Assembly: GCA_964106645.2 (NCBI GenBank) | Contig: OZ067047.1 | Reading direction: 5' to 3' (one strand) | DNA: 64,000 nt | Origin: Podarcis pityusensis | Lineage: Eukaryota | Shown here: one piece after another, positions 50,415-61,765 of the stretch | Layout of the letters: every line of letters begins with the position of its first letter | Numbering within the stretch: the stretch's first letter is position 1 | Notes under the pieces: model-generated | The model's database searches: none | What the model was told of the DNA's origin: nothing | Seen by the model: only the letters and a program-made list of their open reading frames with translations | Position numbers and translations under genes: made by a program

Positions 50415-50542
50415 CAGATAGGTAGCCGTGTTGGTCTGCCATAGTCAAAATAAAAAAAACCCTTCCAGTAGCACCTTTAAGACCAACTAAGTTAGTTCTT
50501 GGTATGAGCTTTCGTGTGCAAGCACACTTCTTCAGATACACA
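50415..50542 (-). mobile_element. Penelope-like element terminal (pLTR) fragment
   Basis: Same sequence as the 10.4 kb copy; 14-bp TSD CCTGGATTTAGTTA (50401-50414 / 50543-50556). Confidence 0.85.
50502..50539 (-). ncRNA. Minimal type-I hammerhead ribozyme motif (Penelope-associated)
   Basis: Minus strand GUAU-CUGAAGA-A-GUGUG-CUUG-CACAC-GAAA-GC-UC-AUAC. Stem I GUAU/AUAC, core CUGANGA and GAAA, stem II GUGUG/CACAC, palindromic AGCU stem III. Confidence 0.8.
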
Positions 50543-51985
50543 CCTGGATTTAGTTAGTTCTTGAATGAAAAATAAGTTGAACTGACAGCAGTATCCTTTC
50601 AGTTTCTGATGGTGGGGGGCCGACACTTTTGAAAGTCACCCCCCTCACCACAGCCTCCCATGCCACCTCCCACATTAAAGAATGTGCGAGACACTTCTGA
50701 AACAGTGTGAGAGGTGGTACTTGGGACTTCAAGGGGAAGGAAGAATTGGCAAGAGGTGCCTTTTCCTCACAGTCAGCTAAATTCTTCCACCAGATGAAAA
50801 GCCTTCTGTGGGTGGATGGAAGGAGCCTGGATGCAGCCCAATCAATGGTATGGGAGAAATGTCAAAGATAAAAAAATTATTATATAAATAAATATCCCCC
50901 TAACTTTGACAACATAGATTGCTATAACAACAGGCCACTGCCCATTCATTTAACTTATCATACATGTGTTTTTGTTAATATAATAGGGCTCTTGCTCTAA
51001 AGCATGACCTTATTTTCTATAATGGTGTGATGGACTAGAAGGACAAGATTGTGTTTCTTTTACTAAATTGAGGTCCCAATTTAGTTCACTTTGGAATAGT
51101 ATCTAAAGAAATCTGAGCCAAATCGAGCATTTTACAAAATGCTGAAGGAGGCCCCAACCTTAATCTTGCCTTCCATGCACATTCGAAATTGAATCATGGT
51201 GACTCCACATGAGGTGGGCATTTTAACAGGCCCTCAAAATGGCAGTAATAGGCACTAGAATGCCTGCCTGCTTTTGAGTACTGCTAACTGAAGCATTTAG
51301 AAAGCTTTGTACGGTAATAATTATAAGACTATTCTTATAACCATCAGTCAGGAAAATCTCCGAGATAATAGGATGCAGGAAAAGAGAGAACTGTAATCAT
51401 TTTGCCTCTAGGGAGTGAAAGACCTTTATAATAACTAATTCTACATTCTTCTTGCTGAACAAGTTAAGCCTGGCAAGAATTCCCAAGGGGTGACAACTAT
51501 TGAGAATAAGACTGAATACCCATTGATAAATGTGGTGATTTTTGTCCTCTAGCCTTTGAGAAGGTATTCTGTTCCCATCAAGGCCAATGGGAAGAATTCT
51601 GCTGAGCTCAGAAGGGAGGACTTTGCTGGCACGTTGCAGCTTAAACTGTGAAAATCAGCCCCCTTTCTCATGCAAGCAGACCGTACTAAATAATCATAAT
51701 GCTCCTTCCACCTTTAACATCTGTGAATCTACATGAGAACAATAGGGGCTTTCTGCAAAGGGAGGTTATGAAATATAGATGCCTCCTTGCCTTGGAAAAG
51801 AATGGGTATTTCTCAGAGTGTTTGGCTCCCCATGAATTAATGACCCTGGAAACGAATCACGCACCAAAAGCAAGTAAACACCTGTGAGACAAATGGTTGC
51901 CCACTGTGGTTTAATTGATTACCCCGACTGCCGAATGACAAAAGAGGCAACTGGATAGTCATTAAAATTTACGAAACAATAGAAG

Positions 51986-52002
51986 AGGTCATCCGGAGGT
52001 CA
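51986..52002 (+). promoter_or_regulatory. Perfect DR5 nuclear-receptor element (candidate RARE)
   Basis: AGGTCA-TCCGG-AGGTCA. Function untested. Confidence 0.5.
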
Positions 52003-52574
52003 GAAGAATAATGTACTCTTATTACCAAACTCGCTTTTGGATTTTTCACTATATTCATTTACTGTTCAGTTTAAAAAGAGCAGGACTTTCATGAACCTGT
52101 CGCCAGTGATTTATGAAGTTCATTTTCTCTTCATATGTTTATAGATCAAACATGGAAAGAAAGTCTTGGCAATACTGAGCAAGTTTAATATTAAAAGGAG
52201 TGGAAATTTCAACTTTGCATTGTGCTAGCTTAAACAATTTGTCGGAGGCGGAGGGGACGACCACGCAAAATAATTACACTCAAGCAATTGTTTTGATCGT
52301 GGATAAATGCTCTTAAAATCAATGTGCCAATTTAACACCGTGCACTAGTTCCTGAAGAAGCATTCCATTGTGCTATTTAGTACATGGCATTTAGTGCAAG
52401 GCATTTAGTGCATGGCAAAATCAAAGGACAAAGGCAAGGGGTTGGAAAGGGAACGCCAGCAATTGTTTTGGAGGCGGGGATTCTAAACATAGACTGCGTA
52501 ATATTCTACCAGGCAAAATGAACCGACTGTTTTTTTGGCTTAAATGTAACGATTACAGGTTTGCCCCAAACTGA

Positions 52575-52618
<44 letters not shown>

Positions 52619-52660
52619 CCCACCCATCTGATGGGATGGCATTCCACAGGGTGGGCTCCC
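52575..52660 (-). mobile_element. (ATT)n microsatellite on a deleted L2 3' end
   Basis: (ATT)~14 then CCCCACCCATCTGATGGGATGGCATTCCACAGGGTGGG. Confidence 0.65.
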
Positions 52661-53944
52661 ATGTTTGCCCGCGGGGGTGGAGCAAGGCGCCCGTAGGGTG
52701 GGGCGGGGCAGGACAGGGTACGCCAGAATCCCAGTGCCCATTCCACTCCAGCACCCTGCAGGCCCGTGTTGCTTTTAACTGGGCAGATCCAAATACCCAG
52801 TCAAGGTTTGAAGGAAAATAGACTTCAGTGGAACTTTTAGGCTCCCTCATGGTCCAAATGATATAACTGGGAGTATGGCAGTTTTGGAAGCTTATTAGCT
52901 TTGAAACCAGTATGTCTTAAAGAAGGATGAACTGAAATTATTCACTGGATATACACTTACTGTATCTTCTATCAGCAAATCAGTTACAAATGGGAAATTG
53001 GAAAGGACCACCCATCTCTGTCAGTCCTGTACTTTTACTCACTATTATGCTTGGTAGTCACATAGGTACTACGAGCCATCATTTCAATGTACCCAACTTC
53101 TCTGGCCATGGATACTCATCCATGAATGAATGCCTGGGGCTTTTATCTTGTTTTTGAGTGATTCCTAACTGAGCCTAAAATCATATTTAGTGTAATGGTT
53201 TATCATAAATTTTACAAACAGAAGGAAGAACTTTAAAGAGTAAATGCTTACAGCATAGAAATAGAAAACAGAATAGGATGCATGCTTGCTGTTTATCTCT
53301 GTTTGAATTCAGTATTGACATAAAGATAGGCTTTGTGGTTAACTTGAAGAGTCAACCCCCTGGAAAAATATTGGTCTTGTTCATACAAAGATGAGGTCCC
53401 CCCCCCCCAAAAAAATATGTGTACTTTCAGGAGGTGCAACCACAAATCTTTGAAAAAATGTGTCAGAAAGAACAGAGGATCTTGCTCTCTATGAGAATGA
53501 AATACTTACATTTTAAAATAGCTATTTACCACATGGTACAACCTGTTATCTTATGAAATCAGGTGGTGTGTGGGCATGTGTGGTGCTCAACCACATGGTA
53601 AACAGATTTATTCCAGAACTTACAACTGCCTGAAAAATAAGTATAATGAAAAAGGCAATATGTAACCTTACGCCATGTTTCTGTTTATTTAACAAAATGT
53701 CTATACAAACTTGATGTTCTACATAAAGGAAGGCTTGCCTACTGGCACCTCTATAATATATGCCGTATTTTTTATTTTATTTTTGTACACAGTACCTACA
53801 AAACCACAAAGGCAAGTGAAACCTCTTTAGTTCTGCCCCCCCAAATTTAACTTTCAAGTTGCCTAACACTTGCGTGTGTACCTGAATCCTTTTTAACCCT
53901 CCCAAACAGTAAAGGTTGCTCTTGCAGGGAAACACTTGTCCATT

Positions 53945-54100
53945 CATTTTATTTCATTTTATTAATATCCCACCTGTCTTCTGCCTTGGAACCTGCAGTG
54001 GTGTATACCTGGTTCCCAGGCAGTCACCCGTCTAGGCACTGACCAGAATTAGACCTTCCAAATTTAAGGGAGATGATGGTGTCATGTGATTTCAGACAAC
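53945..54100 (-). mobile_element. 5S rRNA-derived SINE relic (5S-Sauria-like)
   Basis: Minus strand TCTGGTCAGTGCCTAGACGGGTGACTGCCTGGGAACC resembles the 5S internal control region; AT-rich tail. Confidence 0.55.
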
Positions 54101-54239
54101 ATCCTGGGCCTTTCCTTCAGAAATCTGGCAGTATTTATCCCATCCAAATGGACTACCATGACTGCAATTCTGCCACTAAATAAAAAGGCAGTTCCCCATT
54201 TTAAAAACTCAAAAGTTTAAAGGCACTGAGAATAAAAGT

Positions 54240-54342
54240 TCCTGCCAACCTAGCAGTTAGAAAGCACATCAAAGTGCAAGTAGATAAATAGGTACCACTC
54301 CAGCGGGAAGGTAATCAGCATTTCCATGCGGTGCTCTGGTTT
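54240..54342 (+). mobile_element. Sauria SINE internal fragment abutting Rex1
   Basis: CCTGCCAACCTAGCAGTT...GTGCAAGTAGATAAATAGGTACC...GCTCTGGTTT. Confidence 0.85.
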
Positions 54343-55290
54343 AAAGTCTGATTAAAGACTTTCTGATAGATCGGACACAAACAGTGAGGATTGGACATGT
54401 AACATCTAATTCCTTAAAAATCAGCACTGGCACACCACAGGGATATGTGCTAAATCCCTACCTGTATTCATTGTATACATACAATTGTGTATCATCTGAC
54501 CTGTCTACTGCAATTATTAAGTTTGCAGATGACACCACCATAATGGGTTTAATAACAGGTGGAGACGAATCAGCGTATAGAGGGGAGGTCCAAAAAAATA
54601 TCTACACGGTGCCTAGGGAACAACTTGCACCTTAATATCAGCAAGACACAGGAGATGGTGTTGGACTTTCGGAGGAAGAGAGGAGAACTAGCCCTGCTGT
54701 ACATCGGGGAGGGCTGTGTGGAGAGAGTCTCTTCCTTTAAATTCCTAGGAGTTTATCTCAGTGAAGACCTTACTTGGAAAATAAATACATCCCAGGTGGT
54801 TAAGAAAGCCCAACAGAGACTCCATCTCCTCAGAGTATTGTGGAAGAATGATGTCAATCAACACCTGATGATCATCTTCTACCGGTCCACAGTAGAAAGT
54901 GTCCTTTCATACTGCATCACAGTGTGGTACGCTGGGTTGACATCATCTGACAGGAAGTGCCTACAGAGGGTGGTGAATACAGCACAAAATATTATGGGCT
55001 GTCCCGTGAATCCGCTGGATGAAATAGCGGAAGAACGTTGCCTCAGGAGAGTAAGGAAAAGACTCAGGGATGATTCACACCCTGGCTGGCACTTTCTTCA
55101 TATCCTGCCCTCAGGCAGAAGATATAGAAGCATGATTAGTCACAACAAAGGCAACTGACTTTCGGGTTTGGTGGGTGTACGTCAGTAAACGACGGGAATT
55201 AAGACTAAGAGAGCTGAGTGGGGGGTGCTCGTGTAATCTCACTGTATACAAGTTATACAAGTGACAATAAAGTATTTCAATTTCAATTTA
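54343..55290 (+). mobile_element. Rex1/Babar-clade LINE 3' fragment (RT)
   Basis: STGTPQGYVLNPYLYSLYT, KFADDTT, LNISKTQEMVLDFRR, VKKAQQRLHLLR, FYRSTVESVLSYCITVWY and LPSGRRYRS. Frameshift in the A-run at about 54595; ends GACAATAAAG-TA(TTTCAA)n. Confidence 0.9.
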
Positions 55291-58200
55291 ACCATTGAGA
55301 AAGTAATTGCATCCAATTCTGACCCAAGATAAAAATGTTACTGCTAGTTTTAAGTAAATTGTTGGACTAGTGATTGGGCAGATGTGGAACTTAAGTTTTT
55401 CTGAAGTGAGGTTCTGATTTGGTCCAAAAGCAAAGCAAGAAGCCCTAATTCTTTCACAACCCACTGGGAAGTTCTCCTGCCCAGTCTCTATTGAAATTAA
55501 CTAGCTGCACAAGAGAATGCTGGGATAGCGTCCCTCAAACTACTCAAGTGTTTTTCATTAACATAATCTCCACACCAGAATGGCTGAGAGATGGCTTTGT
55601 TCTACTGACGTGCTTACTCGCAACACAAAATCCTCACAGCACATTTCCAAAATATTGAATGGCTTTCAGTTTATGGTCATTTCAAGGGCTTTTCCTTAAT
55701 TTATTAACTGCTCATGACCTTGAGGGTTATCTTGGCTAACCTTCTCAAGCCACTGCTGCTCATGCAGTAATTAGTTTGCCACCCTAGTGGTCTCATTTCC
55801 TTTTACTGTACTGCTAATCAGTCTGAGATCTTATGCTATTAAAATACCTAAACACTCTTTTTAATTTAGAAGGGAACTCATTGTGTCGTGGGGCTTGAGC
55901 CCCCTGCTATTTGAGAATGTGGTGAGCAATCTTCCATCTCTTGTTTATACCTTCAGAAATGCAGCCACCGCGACTCAGCCCTTCTGTCCCCTGGAAAGAA
56001 TAACCCGCATGGAAACCATATGGACAATAGTAGGAGCAAAAAAAGCAAGAAAATGCACAAAAGCTTTGTTGTCTTCTGTGTTAACCTGATGGCATTTGTA
56101 ACTAAGAGTTCTCAGCCTACAAACTCATTTACTCTGAATTAATGCCGTAAATCAAGCAATACTGGTTACTGCTCCCAAAGCATTGAGAGGAAATAACAAG
56201 TGCAGTGGCTAATCAGATTGTAATGCTTTTTTTTTTTTTTTAAGGAAGATGTAAGGGGAAACATGGGTAGATAGCTACATGATGGTGCCAGGTCTCTGAA
56301 TTATGCTCTGGATTTCTGGCACCTACTGTATTTACATCAAGAAAAATAAATAGATTTTAATTGTAGACTGCAAGCTTCCAGTCACATTTGGCAAGAGGAA
56401 GCAGTCTTCTAATTTACCATTCAGTCAAGCTTCCAACACGAAGATATTTATTACAGCCATGCCAAAGATCTGACAGAATCATTTTGGGAAAAGAGATTTT
56501 GTTTGTTTGTATTTTAAAACATCCAGTAATTCAGTTGTAAGGATCTTTTTAATTCACCCTCTAAGCTCACTTGATATTTAGGTACTGAGATAAATAAAAT
56601 TTATGACTACAGCAGAGCCAAAATCTTAAGGCTTGGGGATGAGAATCAGCCAGGTTTCCCTCCACCCCCTTTGCTTTTCTCTCCTACTTTTCAGAGACTC
56701 TTTAATCCTGAAACTACCCATATGCCCATCTGATTCTGTTTAATTACTGTGGCACAAGCCATAAAACTTCAAGGAAGTTCTGGTTCACAAAGAAAATCAA
56801 AGTCCATGAACATTTTGCCTCCTGGCGCTCAGGCTTTTCGGTTAAGGAACATCTCAGGCTTGGGACACTCCAACATTGGGCCAGTGATATAATGGTGGCC
56901 TCCTGGTGTCTCATCCAATAGGCATCATCTTGGGCCATGGCTATGCCTTTCACTCCTGTGCAGACAAAGGGCTGGGTCCTGTCCCCCCATTGGCTTTCAA
57001 AAATAACTTGGGCAGAAGCTAGAAGTAGACGAGATGGGAGAAAGCGTGTGGCTGCTGCCCAGAATTCTGTGTCTATTGTCCCTCGGTAGTCTAGTAATTT
57101 AAGATGCATGACATAGCATCACTTTACTGCATGTTTCTCCCCACGCTGCTCCATTTCATTGGTGGCTGCTTGTGGGAGCAAGTAAAACTGCTCTGAGGTA
57201 CTGTTGGGCCATGCATTTTCCTTATCAGAAAGAGACACGGGACAAATTATATCAGTCAGACACCCCATGTCACATCTACCTCTGGCCTAAGTGCAAGCCA
57301 TGGAACTCAACTTTCTTTTCACTGAGTTGGGCTTGTGGGGAAAACTCTGGAGCAAGACTCATCTGGGATAAGACTGAATGTGTACTTTGGATGACAGCTG
57401 AATTCTCCTTGGGGCTCAGATCATTAGGGCCCCTAGCGGGGCCAATGGGCATGTGGGGAGTTTGAGAAAATCCCCAAATGGCTGCTGAGTGTATGTGGCG
57501 TAACACAACATGGCTAAAAAGCAGTAAAAGGTTCTGCTTTAAAAAGCACTAAAATTGGATACAACCCCGAATGCTCACTGAGCTTGTAGTATTATTCGGG
57601 GTGGAAGGCATCCGTTTCAGCGAGTCTTACAATTATCTGTGGTTACGATAATTGCTATTGTGTTAAACAGATGTTAGCACCACTGCTGTAGCACACATAC
57701 AGCTTGTGGTGCAAGGAAGTTGGCTAGTTCTTGCCAAGGTAGCAAAGATTTGCCTGGGTTCACATTACTGAATACTTCTAAATGAGAAACAAAAGCCAAA
57801 CAAGCAGAAATAGCTTGTTAAGTTGAAGACTAGGTTAACAGTTACCCCCGGCATACAGTTTCTAATTAGAGGGCTTCTCCTGAATAAAGGTTCTATGAGA
57901 GCCACGACCTGCGGTCCGAAGTGCAACAGCTCAGACACAGGTTACCACCTAAATGAGAACGGGGTCAGAAACTGGTGAGATTTGAACCATAAAATACTAT
58001 TGCAAGCCTGCATGCCACATCGCTTAAGAAAGGAGTGCTTAGTCCTGGCTTTAGTAAAATACCTTCAATAACCAAAGGAACAAGATAAAATAAATCTAAA
58101 TCCTATTTTCCAAAGGAGGTCAATTTCATAAATATCAGTCATTTTATTTCGACATTTTCCCTGCCATATTTTCCATGGGAAGACTTGTCAAGAATGTGAA

Positions 58201-58748
58201 GCAGAAGCAGCTATGTATATAGTCTCATGGGTAATTATTATTTTTTACTTTTTTAAAGGAAAGGGCCTTTCTCAAATAGAATTTAGAGTAAAACATTTCT
58301 AAACTAGGCAGCACCTGAGACAGTATTTCTCTGGAGTAGAACATTGGAAGGGATACCAAGAATAAACCTTTCACCTCTGGTCCTCAGCTCAAATATTCTC
58401 TTGGAAGAATAAAACTTTTAGGGTTTGCTTCTAAGCATTAAAGCAATTGAAGTAACATCAACTCTGCTTTCAAAAAAGAAACTTTGTAGCATTCACATTT
58501 TTGAATTCCTCCCCACCCCTGATATTTCCAGGACAAAGCTGCATTTCTATACTAAAGTAGAACACAGCTTATTTCAGCTTTATGCATCCAACAAAGAGGT
58601 ACATGAAATGAGTTGAACTGGAGCAACATTTATTAATGAGAAGAACCTTTGATCCTCCAGATGTTGTTGAATTTCAACTCCCCTCAGCCCCAGCCAGCCC
58701 CAGCCATTTGAATTTCAACTCCTAACCCAGCCAGCCCCCTCCTTGGTA

Positions 58749-58988
58749 CAGTCAAACCTTGGTTGTCAAACATAATCCATTCTGTAAGCCCATTCGGCTT
58801 CCAAATGTTTGACAACCGACGCTCATTTTCCAATTGGCTGCAGGAGCCTCCTGCACTCAAGTGGAAGCCACGTTGGACGTTTGGCTTCTGAAAAACATTC
58901 AAAAACCGGAGCATTTACTTCTGGGTTTTCGTCATTTGGAAGCCGAAACATTCCAAAATGGAGGAGTTCGGGAGCTGAGTTTTGACTG
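58749..58988. mobile_element. Tc1/mariner (pogo/Tigger-like) MITE
   Basis: TA-CAGTCAAACC ... TTTGACTG-TA; related to 21959-22208. Confidence 0.8.
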
Positions 58989-59325
58989 TATAAGAAATCA
59001 AATTAGCAACAACAGCAACAGATCTGAAGGGGGAACGGACAGTGCAGGAATCTCCATTACTTACCTGTGGTGAGTCAAATCCTGCCCAAGACTAGTCATA
59101 TCCCCATTTCCTGGGTTCTACCTTCCAGTGAGCAGGGAGGTGTTCCTTCCCCACATCCCCTCCGAGGCCCCCACAACTCGGATTTGTTTCAAAAACATTC
59201 CATATCCAGACTAAGGGTTAGAGCTGCCGGCTTCTAGAAGCTCCCATAACTTTTGAAGGTGCCGAAGGCTGCTCACCTACCCACTTCTCTCCCAACTAAG
59301 TTTTCCCACATCTTCCTGCCTAATA

Positions 59326-59522
59326 ATGTCAGAGTTGGACCTGGGAGATCAGGGTTCAAATCTGCACTAAGTTATGAAGCTCTCTCGCTGACCTTAGGTC
59401 AGTCATTCTCTCTCAGCCTAACCTACCTCACATGGTGGCTGTCAGGATAAAAACAGGAAGGGAAAAACATGTATGCCACCTCAAGCTTTAGGAGGAAAGG
59501 TGGGGTGTAAATTCAGTAAATT
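59326..59522 (+). mobile_element. MIR/CORE-SINE
   Basis: B-box GGTTCAAATC, CORE TGACCTTAGGTCAGTCATTCTCTCTCAGCCTAACCTACCTCACA, L2-like tail. Confidence 0.75.
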
Positions 59523-60998
59523 AAAATTTTGAAAAGAAGAGCCTTAGCCAACTTGGAGCTTTATCCAATCTTGAACACTGAACTGCATTACATTAGTGTA
59601 ATTTAAGGTATACTAACACAGATAGCTATGCTGACACTACCAGTCTTTCCTTTGGCTTCCTCAATTCACATATCAGGTTCCTGCTTGTAACAAGTTTCTC
59701 TTAGGCCAAGTGAAATTCAATATCTGTGACAGGTTGCAATTTTTGTAGAACTGTCTAAGTAAATATGAAGAAAACGTGAAAACGGGTTTTGCAAAGACAA
59801 ACTGTGTTCCCGGGAAGTTAGATGACCCAGTTGACAAATGCCTGGAAGCTATGCAAAGACCACAGATGTGTAGATGACAATCCAAAATCCTGAGAAAATG
59901 AATCCCATAACCTGGCACACAACATTGTTTCCCTATTAACACAATGAGCTGCTTAAACCTCTGGAGATGAGCCGAATCCTGAGTTTCAGTGGAACCAATA
60001 TAAATAAAAGGTAGGTCATAGCACTTAGATGAGGTGAGGTTATGGAGAGCAGAAATGTGTTTCCATTCATGTCTATTTCCCTCTTTGTCACTTATTAATT
60101 TTTTGTTTTAAAATATGCAAGTCAATATTTCTTCTTCCTAAAAGCTTTTTTTTTTTTTTTTTTTTTTTGTACAAAGGAAAGAGCACTCTATCATCTGGGC
60201 TGTTAGCATGAATTCCGAAGAAAGTATTCAGGTCATTTTATTTTGTCAGTGTAAAGTAAGACAGCATTTGTTTATCTTTATGTTAAGTTTATTGAAATGC
60301 TGCCTTCCAAGAGTGAACCGCTAGACACACGAATATCAAAATATAACATGGCAATGGAAAACAAACTATTACAAATCATGTCAGCACATTTTGAAAAAGT
60401 CAGCAGTTAAATAATCACAGCAAAATATAAATAAACACATGGAAGAGTGCATAGAGACATCAAATGTTAAAGCGAGAGAAGACATTGGCAACTCTATGCT
60501 CAGTATAGGATCAGCCTGATAGTTTAGGACAGTGGCCCATCAAGGCCATCACTCTGTTCTCACAATGGCCAACCATATGCCTCTTCTGGGGTTCCCAAAA
60601 GAAGGACCTGAGTTTAAATAATGTTTAGGATCCCAGAGGTGGGACTCTCCCAGGTTGCTCATACAGCAGCCACTGAGGCTTGGGCTTTCTGCTTACCCCA
60701 CCAACACCCACTTCTGGGATGCTGAGATCATGTTCTTGTGAAATGATGCCAAGACCAAGTTCTGCAGAGTCTCCAGCACAGCACAATACCACACACAAAG
60801 GTCTAAAGCCAAAATCCTCAGTCAGTAAGCGGAGGATGGCTAACGGACAAGCAATACAGGGCACCATGCCTGTGGCTGTCAAAGGAGTTACAGAAGAAAC
60901 AAGTCCAGGAGCCCCAAAGACAAGCCATCAAGTTATCACATGAGTCTTTTCTATGCCTTTGCCCATGACAGTGTGTCCTCTGTCTACTTCTCTGCCAC

Positions 60999-61492
60999 TG
61001 TCAGGTACGGGGCAGAAGAGGAGGAATAGTAGAGACTGCTTCCCCATCCTGACCCTTCCAGGGAGGAGGAAGAGGAAGACAGTATAGATTCACAACAGGG
61101 GTTTGAGGGAGGTCGCAGCTCAGAGGCAGATGAGGTGGAAAGTTGGGGAATAATGGGAGAGCCAGAGCAGCAGCTGACTGACATATTGTCATTAGAAAGC
61201 ATTCCAGACCCTCCATCTCCCAGAACCTGGCGAGCCTTAAAAGTAGGAGAGCAAAGAGCTAGAAGACAGAGGGCACTTAGCGGCACCCATAGAGGAGATG
61301 ATGAGAATGACGAATGAGGAAGTGGGAGAGAAGGGGGATGGAGATTTACTCAGGACAAAGTCATTATCCAAGAGGCTGGGTTCTACAGCCTCTCTATGTA
61401 AAGTTTGAAATAAGAAAGGACTGTAAGAAACTTTCCCTTGTCTTTATACTTTCCTGGGCAACGAGCAGGGAGCCGCTGACAGCATCCTGACA
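60999..61492 (+). mobile_element. Solo LTR (Gypsy-like)
   Basis: TGTCAGG...CCTGACA termini; 5-bp TSD GCCAC / GCTAC; homologous to 45688-46177. Confidence 0.88.
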
Positions 61493-61575
61493 GCTACATA
61501 ACCACTTTGCAAGTCCCATGTGTAACTGCCCGACAAGGGGTTGCTAGTACAGTACCATCAACCTACACTGAAAAT

Positions 61576-61765
61576 ATGGGAACATATGAAGTTCCCTTAT
61601 ACCAAGTCAAACTGTTGATGCTCCTTGCTCACTCTGCTCTGACTGACAATGGCTCCCTGGGGTTTCAGACTGGGGACATTCCCATCTCCACCTGGAGTTG
61701 CCTGGGGATTGGAACCTGGGACCTTCTACAAGAAGATGCTCCATCACTGAGTTACACCCCTTCCC
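61576..61765 (-). mobile_element. Squam3-like tRNA SINE
   Basis: Minus strand CTCAGTGATGGAGCATC...AAGGTCCCAGGTTCCAATCCCCAGGCAACTCCAGG...TGAAACCC...GACTTGGTATAAGG. Confidence 0.7.

Noticed and set aside
55772-55794. CTCF site (CCACTAGGGTGGCA on the minus strand)
   Set aside because: One extra base in the core relative to the consensus; not supportable without ChIP data.
58345-58400. LF-SINE head (CCTTTCACCTCTGG...CTCAAAT)
   Set aside because: Match too short and degenerate to call by eye.
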